A stretch of 64,000 nt of DNA, taken from assembly GCA_001800245.1 (NCBI GenBank), contig MGVA01000028.1:66328-130327 (forward strand), written 5' to 3'. The position numbers and the translations under genes are program-made. Shown in pieces: positions 22,201-26,615 of the stretch. The number at the start of each line of letters is the position of its first letter. Within the stretch, counting starts at the first letter, position 1. Origin of the DNA: Elusimicrobia bacterium RIFOXYA12_FULL_51_18. Lineage in GTDB: Bacteria; Elusimicrobiota; Elusimicrobia; Elusimicrobiales; UBA9959. A model generated the notes under the pieces. The model made no database searches and was not told where the DNA came from. It was given only the letters and a program-made list of their open reading frames with translations.

Positions 22201-24568
22201 GGCCGTAGTGGCCGGCATCCGGCCTTCCGCCGGGGAGACCCGCGATCTCGGAGTGCTTGACCTGAGGCAGGGTCAGGCTATGAGCGGAATTGTGAGTAGC
22301 CGCGACGGTTTCCCGCTGGTAAATATCAAGGTGACGGCCAAGCCTTCGTATATCGAAAACCCGATAACTATTCAGGCTATGACCAACAGGGACGGGAGAT
22401 ACACGCTGTGGGTGTCCACGTATATGTCCCGTTACTTCGATATAACCGCGGCCCCGCGCGAACAGAACCAGACCGTGGACGTGAGCACGATAATCTACCG
22501 GGAAAGCGTGTATACGGCGATAGATCTTACAAGATCCACCACCGTGGACTTTACGCTTGACGCCATGCTGGGCGGAGTCGAGGGCAGCGTTGTCACCATT
22601 GACAGCGGAGTCTTATCCTATCCCTTTGGCGATATGCAGGGATATCCAGCGGCGGCGTTGTTCATACAGCCGTACGGCACGGTTCCAAAGAATAATCCTA
22701 TAGGGGACATAGAAGCGATCACCGAACCCGGCGGAGGATTCTCCGTGCCGCTCACTACCGGAAGCTATACGATGAGGATCGTGAGCCTGGGCTATTCCGT
22801 GCCGGTAACCACATTTGCCGTGACGGGCTCGGGCATGGTTAACCTGGGCGCGACAGTTCTCCCCAAGGGCGGAACCGTAACCGGCCAGATAAGGAAGCCG
22901 GATTCCACCGCGGTCGGAGGCTATACGGAGCCTAACAGCGACGAGATCAGCCTGGTTACCGCCGCTAACGACGGCTTTACGGAATTCGTAATGGGAACGG
23001 TGGTGAGCGACCCTGTTTCCAGGACTATAACCCGGTATGCCATCTCCGGCTTTAAGCCGAACATAGACTACTCCCTGGCTCTGATGTCGGATAATAACGA
23101 TATGACATTCCCGTCGGAGGGAAGCGTGCGTTTCAGCCAGGATGAGTCAACCGCCACCAAATCCGTAAACCTGACCTTCAGGCCCAGCCACGGCGACTGC
23201 ATGGTGGTTTCAAAGAGGGGCGGCTCCGGTATGAGGTTGAAGTTCGTTTGCTCTAAGGCGTTCCGGAACAGGACCGCGGAAGACAATAACCTTACCCTTA
23301 TCCTGGCTACCAGTTCGGTTGATTCCTCCGGGCACGCCGTCTCCGCTCCGGATGGGTCAGGGGCGTTGTCGGATATAGAATTGTCGGCGGACCGGAAACA
23401 GTTCACGGCCCTCTACAGCACGGCCGCTTCAGAAGGCATGTTCAGTATAAGGCTGGCGGCATACACCAGCGAGATAGACCAGGCCACCGGCGATAACTTC
23501 ATGATAGACAGGGTTTACGATTTCTATACGGGCGTCAAGTCCGTTGCCGCTTCAAAGTTGAACAACATGCGCGGCGGACGCGTGGAACTAGAAGGCGAGG
23601 AAGGGGACGATGAACGCGGCGCGGTCGAATTCCCGCCCGGCACTTTCGCCCTGGACGGTTCCGCTTACGCGCTTGTTGCCACGACCGTGACGGTGGAAAT
23701 GCTAAAGGCGGATGATCTGGACGGCGCCACGGCGGGGACCTCCGCTCTAGCCGCCGGAAAGTCCGGCGGCGGCCGGCTTGCCTCAGTTCAACGCACCCTC
23801 CCGAAGGGGTTGTATAACGCCATGCAGGCTCTGCGGGAACAAAGGGTCGGCAACTACAAGACGAGAGCCGTCTCCGGTTCCGGCTCCACCGTCAATCCGT
23901 TCAGTTCCTTCTATGACATCTCTCTGCCGGCCGGTATAAGCCATGTGTTGCAGCAGCCGGCCAGGATAACGTTGAGTTACAATACCGCCCTGTCTTCCGG
24001 CACGGACGCGTCAGATCTCAACGTCTATTACTATAATCCCAACAGCCAGCGGTACGTGTTGGAGAGCAGGGAAAGGACCTTGGACCGGGATAACGGCACT
24101 ATTTCTGTGAATGTGGACCACCTCTCGGTCTTTGTGGTCCTGGCGCAGGCGCCGGCGGATGGAGCCACGGCTTACGCTTATACGGGAAAAGAATTGAAGG
24201 CGCATAACTTCCCGAATCCGTTTAATAATACCCGGACGAAATCAATAAGTCTTAACGACGCCATCGCCACAGGCGGTTATACGGCCGCCGCGGCGCCGTG
24301 CACTACTCAGGGTACCTGTATAAGGGTGTTCGTGCCGGCAGGCACAAGCGGGGATATGACCCTTAAAGTGTTCAACATCGCCGGCGAACTGGTGAGAGAG
24401 ATGCAACTGACCGGCTATTCCGCCGGCACCACCAACGTGTGGCCCTGGGACGGGAAGAACGGTTCGGGCGCCGGAGTGGCTTCAGGCGTCTATATCGGCG
24501 AAGTTAAAGTTGGAGGCGATAAGGCCTTCTTTAAGATGGCTGTAATCAAAGCTTCGAAGTATCAGTAG
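4244..24568 (+). CDS. Giant (6774 aa) secreted modular surface protein with C-terminal T9SS-CTD/FlgD-Ig-like domain
   Basis: Uninterrupted 20.3-kb ORF; signal peptide (probable start 4274). Recognisable parts: beta-propeller repeats, 2 Big_5-like, 2 LecA-like, FN3, 2 PPC-like, ~14 DxNxN Ig repeats, carboxypeptidase-regulatory-like domains, and 'FPNPF...VFNIAGELVR...WDGKN...ASGVY'. Confidence 0.9.
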   Translation: MSVKNKGEIIMTKTRINLFRKFLLAAVLAFIPIRAMGVWPGSAVNYLPGAAGQGPVDSFYSIQDETGGIYNVWTATAPAHPNYHQVYVQHINMNGVPDWFTRVSTSANYQDLYVDPKLSYDGQTALNVAWGEHVDSTAGSAKVMKVKRFISSGSIVWGGVGGIQVSSGIIDGGTMEISSDGGPVFMMGYPVGSGLKMVVQKLQNSGGGCAWPGIGDCVTGASGTELYSAANTDSIGNVALVPSSSGMLIVVSTGVVSGDWAIYAHRLNETNGSPVWSSTLVSGTGARGGIVNGISDGSNGAYIVWDDARSGYKNVYATRIDNDGAVVTGGAWSLGANAGVQFTNFTDDINNMHVVPTADGFALTCSTVTGQDQRFLFGTMSASGVILSSGVTAGLEPLYSQAVCRDSACFVAGYKGVPEFTAYVARITPGNSVSLYPMFAGGDFPYNIALSSVAGGIAASWTSSAGAQWARYAPATVFDRRQVSGLVTFSGVYEPNTVLTVWLSTSADFRGVTASTHIPNPSTTQSYTISDIPSGIYYMALTASFDWQVVASTHPWGVLGQLGTPTAVDVTIGDVSGNNVAMTDGHVQPNPWSPESQAPSIVSCVENFANGGSCRINGNSTYGNAIAVDGSDNSYIIGTNLTDSAIVKYDASGVIVSSITAKYAVFNDIKISPVNGDLYVAAQGLVSGIRVFRYAASNLSFVSSITVSGYQGARQLDFGADGEVYVVSAVDNGGSYGNDIRVVRLSANLSSVTGDWSDTSNGPDQGIGIHVSGGDVFVTGFQHPVSTDQVVVIRLSTATTMSKLDTGTAGTSPVVFAEGEGFNHFRVTSDATGVYAAYSYLLNTSTQTAIYRFDRSNMSAGYSSATMAGAAAFGDLKSSGSKFFVVAQSDGNQARVTRYDAATFAAEASTRASVPAAYGMAPGGMAFGTGGEVYLSGALPDAGDSASIGITKLDSVAGPVPGEEELITVYVSTADASPAAFTTGVEAAALRMDIYTVSSSTSISNVRVSVNPNGPYTRAAYVGFYVDSNRNDIWEPGTDALISSAAVTSAFVDLPVAAGIINNDPYGSFITLTPSASALGSSINLGIDSTASFTVGGVMAEQAVYPIRSDARLVQPPVSFSGGGLNGPSASILNGTAMDQGVDVKAYGSSVYAIGIAYPNSVLIKYSTSTGQVAALTGLSGVDFTALAVNANGIYVTGKGYYAPGFVTIKYAHDLTIVSSVTLAGASSAYGITLDGAGRVYVIGDNAGEGGSNNDYKIVEYNSDLVQQGAAHIWNAGGVDYGKGIAVSDDGSLIYATGLSLMGGATYYATAKFDGAFVFVSSTAYPGYADDHIDTVDIVQNSTSGAVYLAGSANHEAMLLAKYNSNLVLQSTAGVYSPAYAVGAGIAQDSVGNVYIAGGYNAGGAAHDENTVVKFSPALVRQSSATTFSAYGFEPGGLALDGYGYPYVTGVLLVSGSSSTWDMKTVRLAQLADVVAAKPYITVTVPYGGAVDVSSGIRYIDITFSEPVTPASLNAGGDGLSPYLMFSKPGGYHNPRFTGFSNLYGNTYRIAMVDVDLDSNTVYTVEAANFESGSAVVMDPASFSFTTTGSAPAGKPSITATNPTAGATGVSLGLTAIDITFSEPIVLDAGDIGGKINLFVGAEDRYNLLSTFTYVSGNTYRLELKNGPLAAGTVYRVELSNFANESAAVIDPDSFSFTTEAGATTVNLLVQNAASPYMRYYSTNSALKLSLWTDSGSSQWSAMTVNLGGTVVPCSDVDALYVYRDSGDGAYSDTNDSYVGYASPCNGGTFNFYTPETIGVSTSVYFVTVSPRSSAIGKTARLTITSTAAFTIGGSDVMHSLTGMPANSAIATVMNYIYASEMGSYNYDTNISVIAGQALQINATGYWNYDATHQVNADGSGECSSTCPLPSAYRGALIARGDSTPWFVVGRSTTIVLGYSDTLRLAMNDDDYNDNTGIMMFEKAAQAVTKIWTGAACGGVGCNEAGNPMNWQGGVLPAYGDNVVFGGTGAKDCLWNLNITVNSLYVYPEYNGRISLINPPGMNINRLEITDYLYIRGGTFDIAGNILAASSITVSGGVLDLGAGLGDLQVGPGGLNVTGTGTLAFTGNTSASIDPMAEGYYPISIFGGTVTVNGAGLLNIRGSNGIAISNSPALTFNNVRIMNLASGATALSITAASGDYTFDNWGFDASVTNNVGLTGSAMIYMNNASGAQMGTPHELSDPDNRIIWNPDGGGTGSIGGNLSYSGNKTGNYIVFVTTNMTSSSFAAISTSASTGYSFGSLKAPATYYLWATRDSNSDYDYTASIMEPIGWLNAPVYLSTGAALTRNMTLLDTGKITGTIDKSATNQAGMTIVELHTQPLSATSLFDWQVLDQWEYQYLVAAPSATYTVLAYIDVNQNERFDPAFESSGTATDVLISTGGTVTNNIALNSGSVEAGGIVGISTTAFFAGSFIGKTNSAAVMKLGLVSNGGEATVGSLRFSSIGTAEAGKFSLSVYKDDGNGLFDNDPSIPNSTYNDMLLGNGYFGGVSSQAAISFTNEVGLLSSGATQYFFVMLTATNPVSGSTIGAVLLSSDSVGLLKGTMAGQAIYPVSTPLRTVSDSIDVWSTLYTGVDVYSGQTINISASGQWQVNGVYVYATGSGSNMYNGVYPNAPVGALIAQVGYNSPWFYVGTSTSFVYSGMTGPLMLHMNTNYDFGTMMWNYPNGVSGQLYVNYSVEGDTHAVISGLVTYAGGTNGTIIVNAGSRRPDLSRYECRVMTPSESCMVDVIVGTHTIPSPLAGGTSYYTMGGIEIPQGDSDNVIISAYIQEDPSQRGIAPTQVGIRIGQAATGGDVTVYSGAGTLNGNISYSGAQQFGNTVVALFTNLEGGNPVVSTTLAEGVSAFSIADIPGPALYYVVAFRDLDYDNKPSGPEPFGYYGSTGPISLMSSNAVQLNVASNVVTNVPATINLLDMGQINGRIDLGSLQFGIRVLVQAGHGIPGSSFVKENQSEYFAQPCWWYGCINEVYYNVGTLSPAEDYTVVAFLDKNGNNQWDCDAENCERFASSRNNISVTANGMAQADIALTAAPVPDTPQSFSGTVLSTDVILWAWNDVPTETSYYLTTSTGGILHVLDANTTQYSETVAGGANTISSVRAVRAHNYAGDSPLSSMIALYTKAAAPELVVNGVSASEVNLGVSSATNRFVLQRSTAIAGGYIVVYSTYTGTSVTSRVDAGLTPGTTYYYRALNFNAQSVASAYSAVAIATTTAPTGYFIRGTVNYPGLMTGNITLLASTQEFLSNPITVALSGNTTQAYYLTGLASNTSYYIRAFVDYNADNARQIYEDASAIAGPIYLAASGLSGQDINIVRSTAIPASPSGLVATPGFQRVSLQWIASAASNLIGYEVFRSTNASFSSAVTRVSGDSFVTGASFTDFNPLAGVPLYYRVKAADWGRNRSLPAALSSPVNVSAGGSITGTVYAVDTSTQGLYHVRVSTTPDANVPSLMDIMVSTAPATYTVSGLPDGSYYVRGYRDFNNDFKQDRRQEPSGTHGGIARPFDIYMTQGNSLTGIDVKVCNRLPLAVGVSTRVTISATGCEALDRGPGYYTRVYTLEAGYGAGKVPTGSQITVYANKTDPLDGINDAYLYLVGPTGDVVARDDDSGGDMNSRIQYTLDTPGVYLIEPTSYASGLSGALNVGFDVTGGFAGRISGTLSYSGSMTGPSVVQIYETLTANSWPVMMSSTSVSDFEIIGLRDGNFYLKAFKDVNGNGVQDSFEPYGVYGGTTAVQFSVSGGVTSASLAITLAEPAVGSVSGNLFYNGGRTGNIRIEAARQRGSDQYDLEVVKFSTVTRGNETVDQAYILDLLAPATDYTIRAFVDENSNNQKDVMEPFISARSITVTASTQTTGVNLNIVNPGSGGVGNSILSGAITYTPIPGQNYISTGNIWVGWASDQSFENILYSQVVSTFTQYASSTAWTYSKSDVMGGATYYMASFLDLNGNGQPDDRNGEPMAMYSIDGEMAPVSVPTSSTVVRNLALTPPSTGYLSGVVHYYGAMTGSAKVSAWNQSCENTSEQKDCSAENYFAIINGVTDYPFTLRFLNPTTSYQLSSVIDLNGNQMTDPGEPNAYLPGYIVSGSTTAALTIMDPGQMAGGNIGEIRGIVTYGGHQGGDKIVRLFRGGFYGAPVQTMNINAGCLGNSCSFAISGLSYAADYYVDAFVDSSFNGMFEPAFEPHGGITSAISVSQAVPQSRNNYMTLEDPGTGADIPTGSNLLSGMVSVQGGTPSGTVRVQLFRFVSTVSVMEVPIRVATYPYVSSANQTPISYSFDNLPSDGGARYIAQAYVDSNSNFTPDRNEAWGQTKALNQGISTSDPAEQKNFSVCARTSIDQGQNLNGSLETSDCVSSDRGQASAFVDYYSFGGRAGDIVTLEMTGTGFSDTYLYLYGPSMRSTEAFTSYNLAAFDDDGGGNYNSKINGYTLTADGIYTIGAASYGNNITGAYTLSMRVSGGTNGSIAGTVRYNGTQGGNINVGLFNSNPMEAQNVNSIMGASMQVPGAFLFGDLPSGTSYYIAGFVDVNGNNSPDQGEDFGMYPNIITLRAGQNVTGTLLEINHSTDVVFVGGAGQGTISGAISYTGISTATSLVIEMWNTATFRGTPIGIRTMQLTGEWPVNYDLQVPGDQTYYLKAFLDANNNRMPEPSEAKGAYTPNNEGPEPIYVGSAAYITDRNFTLYDPGQTLAGGAQGVSGEGWASVLPSLVAAGSQFTSTVTVRVTGLGEGGVVMVGMPNNLYSSLQTGCSGCPGYVQVSSDGTHYSAAQLISNNAQYRVPMGQSLAAGASVYFAINNLYAPCQGGMTGQQSDNRLVFHVGTSSNAFTGPQPLVSGEPTAVLGAGAPQNLSFRLADNMNGANMAVPNGEVTPMLAEARDNCWNLAPMSSVYIATVSAYFYNMATYGYDNDATVKFSTWNAEADSVTATSATVRFEADSSTGVFYVKPTAQGYRNIGLSYDLAWSNTFYMGVQVMAGGGISGANVSTGAYNNLSASSMTVTITPNGDGNADRAYVNFIMGDANMGWHVLVSSRPFRTGVSPTPVWETWGWGQPNPGQIFWEGRYNPWMNFGGVVPTGAYFVRIEAGSLRNDTLRINVVVPQVSGQVTDAGTSPQRPLEGVMVNTFGAFGWGQATTDSNGNFSIPGLAAGQYNFQFSKEEYGMVSSQTVVGVNGATVNASMRRAPALVIIPSLGNGTTQQYDQWGWINVHTSDWSRVYNGSLRVQAGTTTIDDGGRWDASTNQFVTRRRIRFDVEAATYTVEAELTGYGRVSSTVYVGSSGLELTLPSFVRKANLSGLVRLPVGAPNTTGVWISVNALPVVLSSSIAGGWGGIWLNQGVTSGTYNIFGVDSGSYTIRAQVPGYSGKSIGPVFVSTSDINTGLDIPAFDAGSVIRGTVTVVGDTHLFQKPDWANNWEQPVKVSVNVWSPQTYTNGWTEIYVATSAGQAQSTFTITGLDAGTTYQLFANIEYNRDDGNTEFTVPGGFPKQVYVDTTSLSGNSEFSFALASGAIFGTIILPTTPAVDFSSVSMSIRITQSDNPYSVGQSFSILDITAPCGGQNSNCLPGVTLYASSATFSVSGMETQSIEVTFTYRLTGMSRTALVNVISGSTATVVVDLRNQTYAIAGSITNQVSNPLFNTMALAIAYSSYTTPSGYPSIPANSMPIEAVRRDLSEFGAAMTSAVFDPAKTRVGFITLAGTYTIRGLQEGVYVIRTQPLKTCATCEMLVAAQEKIVTIRGLDYTNNSRVIVDGLSVSTGAVNFTLIDGWNVSGLISIDNNVQDARTLALTLRNRRNEVVRSTTAALGNSGTNSLANSVAYSFTRLPGGEFYTLEVRDTKDSTGTIKYAAAPLRFPDIASSPNGMQSDLSSQNVTLKQGAMVTLKLRDVNSASLLTQTNYTLLAANFSCFAMANPWVQGGYYLAASSISNRPIEADGTVRIGPVMPNVYYDVKCEQSNWDVGYMRQGAQNYSPAVVAGIRPSAGETRDLGVLDLRQGQAMSGIVSSRDGFPLVNIKVTAKPSYIENPITIQAMTNRDGRYTLWVSTYMSRYFDITAAPREQNQTVDVSTIIYRESVYTAIDLTRSTTVDFTLDAMLGGVEGSVVTIDSGVLSYPFGDMQGYPAAALFIQPYGTVPKNNPIGDIEAITEPGGGFSVPLTTGSYTMRIVSLGYSVPVTTFAVTGSGMVNLGATVLPKGGTVTGQIRKPDSTAVGGYTEPNSDEISLVTAANDGFTEFVMGTVVSDPVSRTITRYAISGFKPNIDYSLALMSDNNDMTFPSEGSVRFSQDESTATKSVNLTFRPSHGDCMVVSKRGGSGMRLKFVCSKAFRNRTAEDNNLTLILATSSVDSSGHAVSAPDGSGALSDIELSADRKQFTALYSTAASEGMFSIRLAAYTSEIDQATGDNFMIDRVYDFYTGVKSVAASKLNNMRGGRVELEGEEGDDERGAVEFPPGTFALDGSAYALVATTVTVEMLKADDLDGATAGTSALAAGKSGGGRLASVQRTLPKGLYNAMQALREQRVGNYKTRAVSGSGSTVNPFSSFYDISLPAGISHVLQQPARITLSYNTALSSGTDASDLNVYYYNPNSQRYVLESRERTLDRDNGTISVNVDHLSVFVVLAQAPADGATAYAYTGKELKAHNFPNPFNNTRTKSISLNDAIATGGYTAAAAPCTTQGTCIRVFVPAGTSGDMTLKVFNIAGELVREMQLTGYSAGTTNVWPWDGKNGSGAGVASGVYIGEVKVGGDKAFFKMAVIKASKYQ

Positions 24569-24577
24569 CCCCGGCAG

Positions 24578-24599
24578 GGGATCCCCCGCGGGGGATCCC
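24578..24599. other. Perfect 22-bp palindrome just after the giant gene
   Basis: GGGATCCCCCGCGGGGGATCCC is its own reverse complement; no U-tract follows. Confidence 0.8.
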
Positions 24600-24677
24600 G
24601 CGAGGGCCTAAAATTCGCCGCGAAAGATTCCGTTTATTGAGGAATTCCGGTTAATTGCACGATCGGGAGAGAATATT

Positions 24678-25637
24678 ATGAAGACCATTAAAAAAATGAT
24701 TTTTGCGTTAGGGGCGGTTTTCACCGCCCAGGCGCTTTGCGTCTGCGCGGTTTTTGCCGCATCGAGCGAAGCCGGGACCAGCGCGGCTCAGTTCCTGAAG
24801 CTGGGAGCCGGTTCGAAGGCCGGGGGCGTGGCTGAAGCTTATACGGCCGCCGCGGATGACGTCTATTCCGCCTATTATAATCCGGCCGGACTTACGCGCA
24901 TGCCGTCCCCGGAGTTTGCCGCCCAGCATGTCAGTTATTTTCAGGACATAAGCTATGAATTCCTGGCTTTTGCCTTTCCTTTCGACAAGCAGGACGGCGT
25001 GTCCAGGCAGGCGCTGGCCCTCTCGATCTATAATCTGTCGGCCAGCGGCCTGGAGACAAGGACGGAAGATACCCTTCTGGCCTCGGGGCTTTTCGATTCG
25101 TCCGAATCCGCTTACGCGTTCAGCTACGCTTACCGCATGAAAAAGAATTTAGGCCTTGGCGTCACGGCGAAGTATATCCGGGAAAAAATAGACACCGAAT
25201 CCGCCGGCGCGGCGGCGATGGATGCCGGCCTGTATTATAAGCCGCTTGAGGACAGGCCTTTGGATATAGGGCTTGCCGTCAGAAATTTCGGTTCCAAGCT
25301 CAATTTCGGCGGCGGCCGGGATCCTTTGCCGCTGGGCGGGGTTCTGGGATTGGCTTATACCTTCATGCCGGGCCTGAAGGCGGATATAGACTTTGTCCAG
25401 TACAGGGACACGGATCTTATTGTGGCCGGCGGAACGGAATATTCTCGCGATTTTAAATATGATCTGTCCGCGGCCCTGCGTCTTGGATATTCCACGCATA
25501 ATAAGGACGTGGGGGGGCTGAAAGGCATCGCCGCGGGGGCTGGCCTTAAGTATTCACGTTTAAGTTTTGATTTCGCCTGGGTTCCTTTCGGAGATCTGGG
25601 CAATACTTTCCGCTATACCCTTTCGGTGAGATTTTAA
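24678..25637 (+). CDS. PorV/PorQ (FadL-like, UPF0164) family outer-membrane protein
   Basis: 'GTSAAQFLKLGAGSKAGGVAEAYTAAADDVYSAYYNPAGL' hatch motif, signal peptide, terminal Phe. Confidence 0.85.
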   Translation: MKTIKKMIFALGAVFTAQALCVCAVFAASSEAGTSAAQFLKLGAGSKAGGVAEAYTAAADDVYSAYYNPAGLTRMPSPEFAAQHVSYFQDISYEFLAFAFPFDKQDGVSRQALALSIYNLSASGLETRTEDTLLASGLFDSSESAYAFSYAYRMKKNLGLGVTAKYIREKIDTESAGAAAMDAGLYYKPLEDRPLDIGLAVRNFGSKLNFGGGRDPLPLGGVLGLAYTFMPGLKADIDFVQYRDTDLIVAGGTEYSRDFKYDLSAALRLGYSTHNKDVGGLKGIAAGAGLKYSRLSFDFAWVPFGDLGNTFRYTLSVRF

Positions 25638-25705
25638 ACATCCCAAGGAAAGCTTATAGGGTGTGTGCGGCGCTTTTTTAAGGCCGCTCCGCGCCCCTTT
25701 GCCCG

Positions 25706-26317
25706 TTATTTTATGAAATCTTTGTCGTGCCAGTCTCCGGGCTGGCCTTCCACCGACACCAGCCGGGAGTCTTCGTTTGAAAGCGCGCTGGTTTTCTGGA
25801 AGGATTCCTTTAGTTCGGTAAGCGAGACATCGGAGCGTTTTATTTTCATGAGGACGAAATAAGAAACCGCCGCCATCACTAGCGAAAGCGGCAGTATCAT
25901 GAGCCAGGCCGGCGCGTGCAGACGGAAAAGCAGCAATGCACAAAGGAAAACCCAGAAGCTGAGTATGGCGCCGGACCCGGAGAGCACGTAGGCGATAATA
26001 ATATTATGCTCTTCGTTCTTCGGCAGGGATAAAAGTATCACCAGCAGGGCTATATCCATGATCAGAAGATATACCGCTCTTACCACCCAGTTTTTCCAGC
26101 GGCTTTTGGAAACCATGAACACGCCTCTGATGGGATCGGTGATCATCTCCGCGTCGTCATAATCCACGGAGACGGTCTCTTTCTGGATCTGTTCCGTTTC
26201 CGCGTTCTTGGGATTGTAATCGAAAGATTGCTGGCTCTTGTCCGTGTCGAACTGGGCGGCGGCCGGCAGGGCCGGGCCGGAGAAAGCCAGCGCGATCAGG
26301 AACATTCTAATTCCCAT
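25706..26317 (-). CDS. Hypothetical membrane protein (signal peptide plus ~3 TM helices)
   Basis: Hydrophobic segments; overlaps the upstream gene, continuing the valS operon. Confidence 0.7.
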   Translation of the reverse strand: MGIRMFLIALAFSGPALPAAAQFDTDKSQQSFDYNPKNAETEQIQKETVSVDYDDAEMITDPIRGVFMVSKSRWKNWVVRAVYLLIMDIALLVILLSLPKNEEHNIIIAYVLSGSGAILSFWVFLCALLLFRLHAPAWLMILPLSLVMAAVSYFVLMKIKRSDVSLTELKESFQKTSALSNEDSRLVSVEGQPGDWHDKDFIK

Positions 26318-26615
26318 TATTTTCCTCGGTCAGGTCCGGGATAACGGGGAGGGTGCTTTTCTCCTCCAGCTTGTAGTATTGCGTGGCGCCTACCTGTAGC
26401 TTGGGCTCAAAATAGCCAGCTTCCCTCAATTTCTGGAATTCCTGCGCTTTAGTGATCTTAGGCTGCCGGATCGATATATTCTGTTTTACAGCCATGCGGT
26501 CTGAGAAGTGCCAATAAGAGGAGACAAAACCGGCTATCACGCAGGTTACTATAACCCCGCTTAAAAAATATTGTTCCCTATCCTTGCGTATCCAGAACTT
26601 CCTGCTGAGTTTCAT
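26307..26615 (-). CDS. Hypothetical single-TM protein
   Basis: ATGA overlap with the valS stop; one hydrophobic helix. Confidence 0.65.
   Translation of the reverse strand: MKLSRKFWIRKDREQYFLSGVIVTCVIAGFVSSYWHFSDRMAVKQNISIRQPKITKAQEFQKLREAGYFEPKLQVGATQYYKLEEKSTLPVIPDLTEENNGN

Noticed and set aside
4310-24205. Many short opposite-strand or off-frame ORFs inside the giant gene
   Set aside because: Codon-bias shadows with no recognisable domains.
4244-24568. Possible DGR target or CRISPR-like repeats
   Set aside because: No reverse transcriptase or cas gene, no near-identical nucleotide repeat pair and no regularly spaced repeats seen by eye. Repeats are at protein level only.
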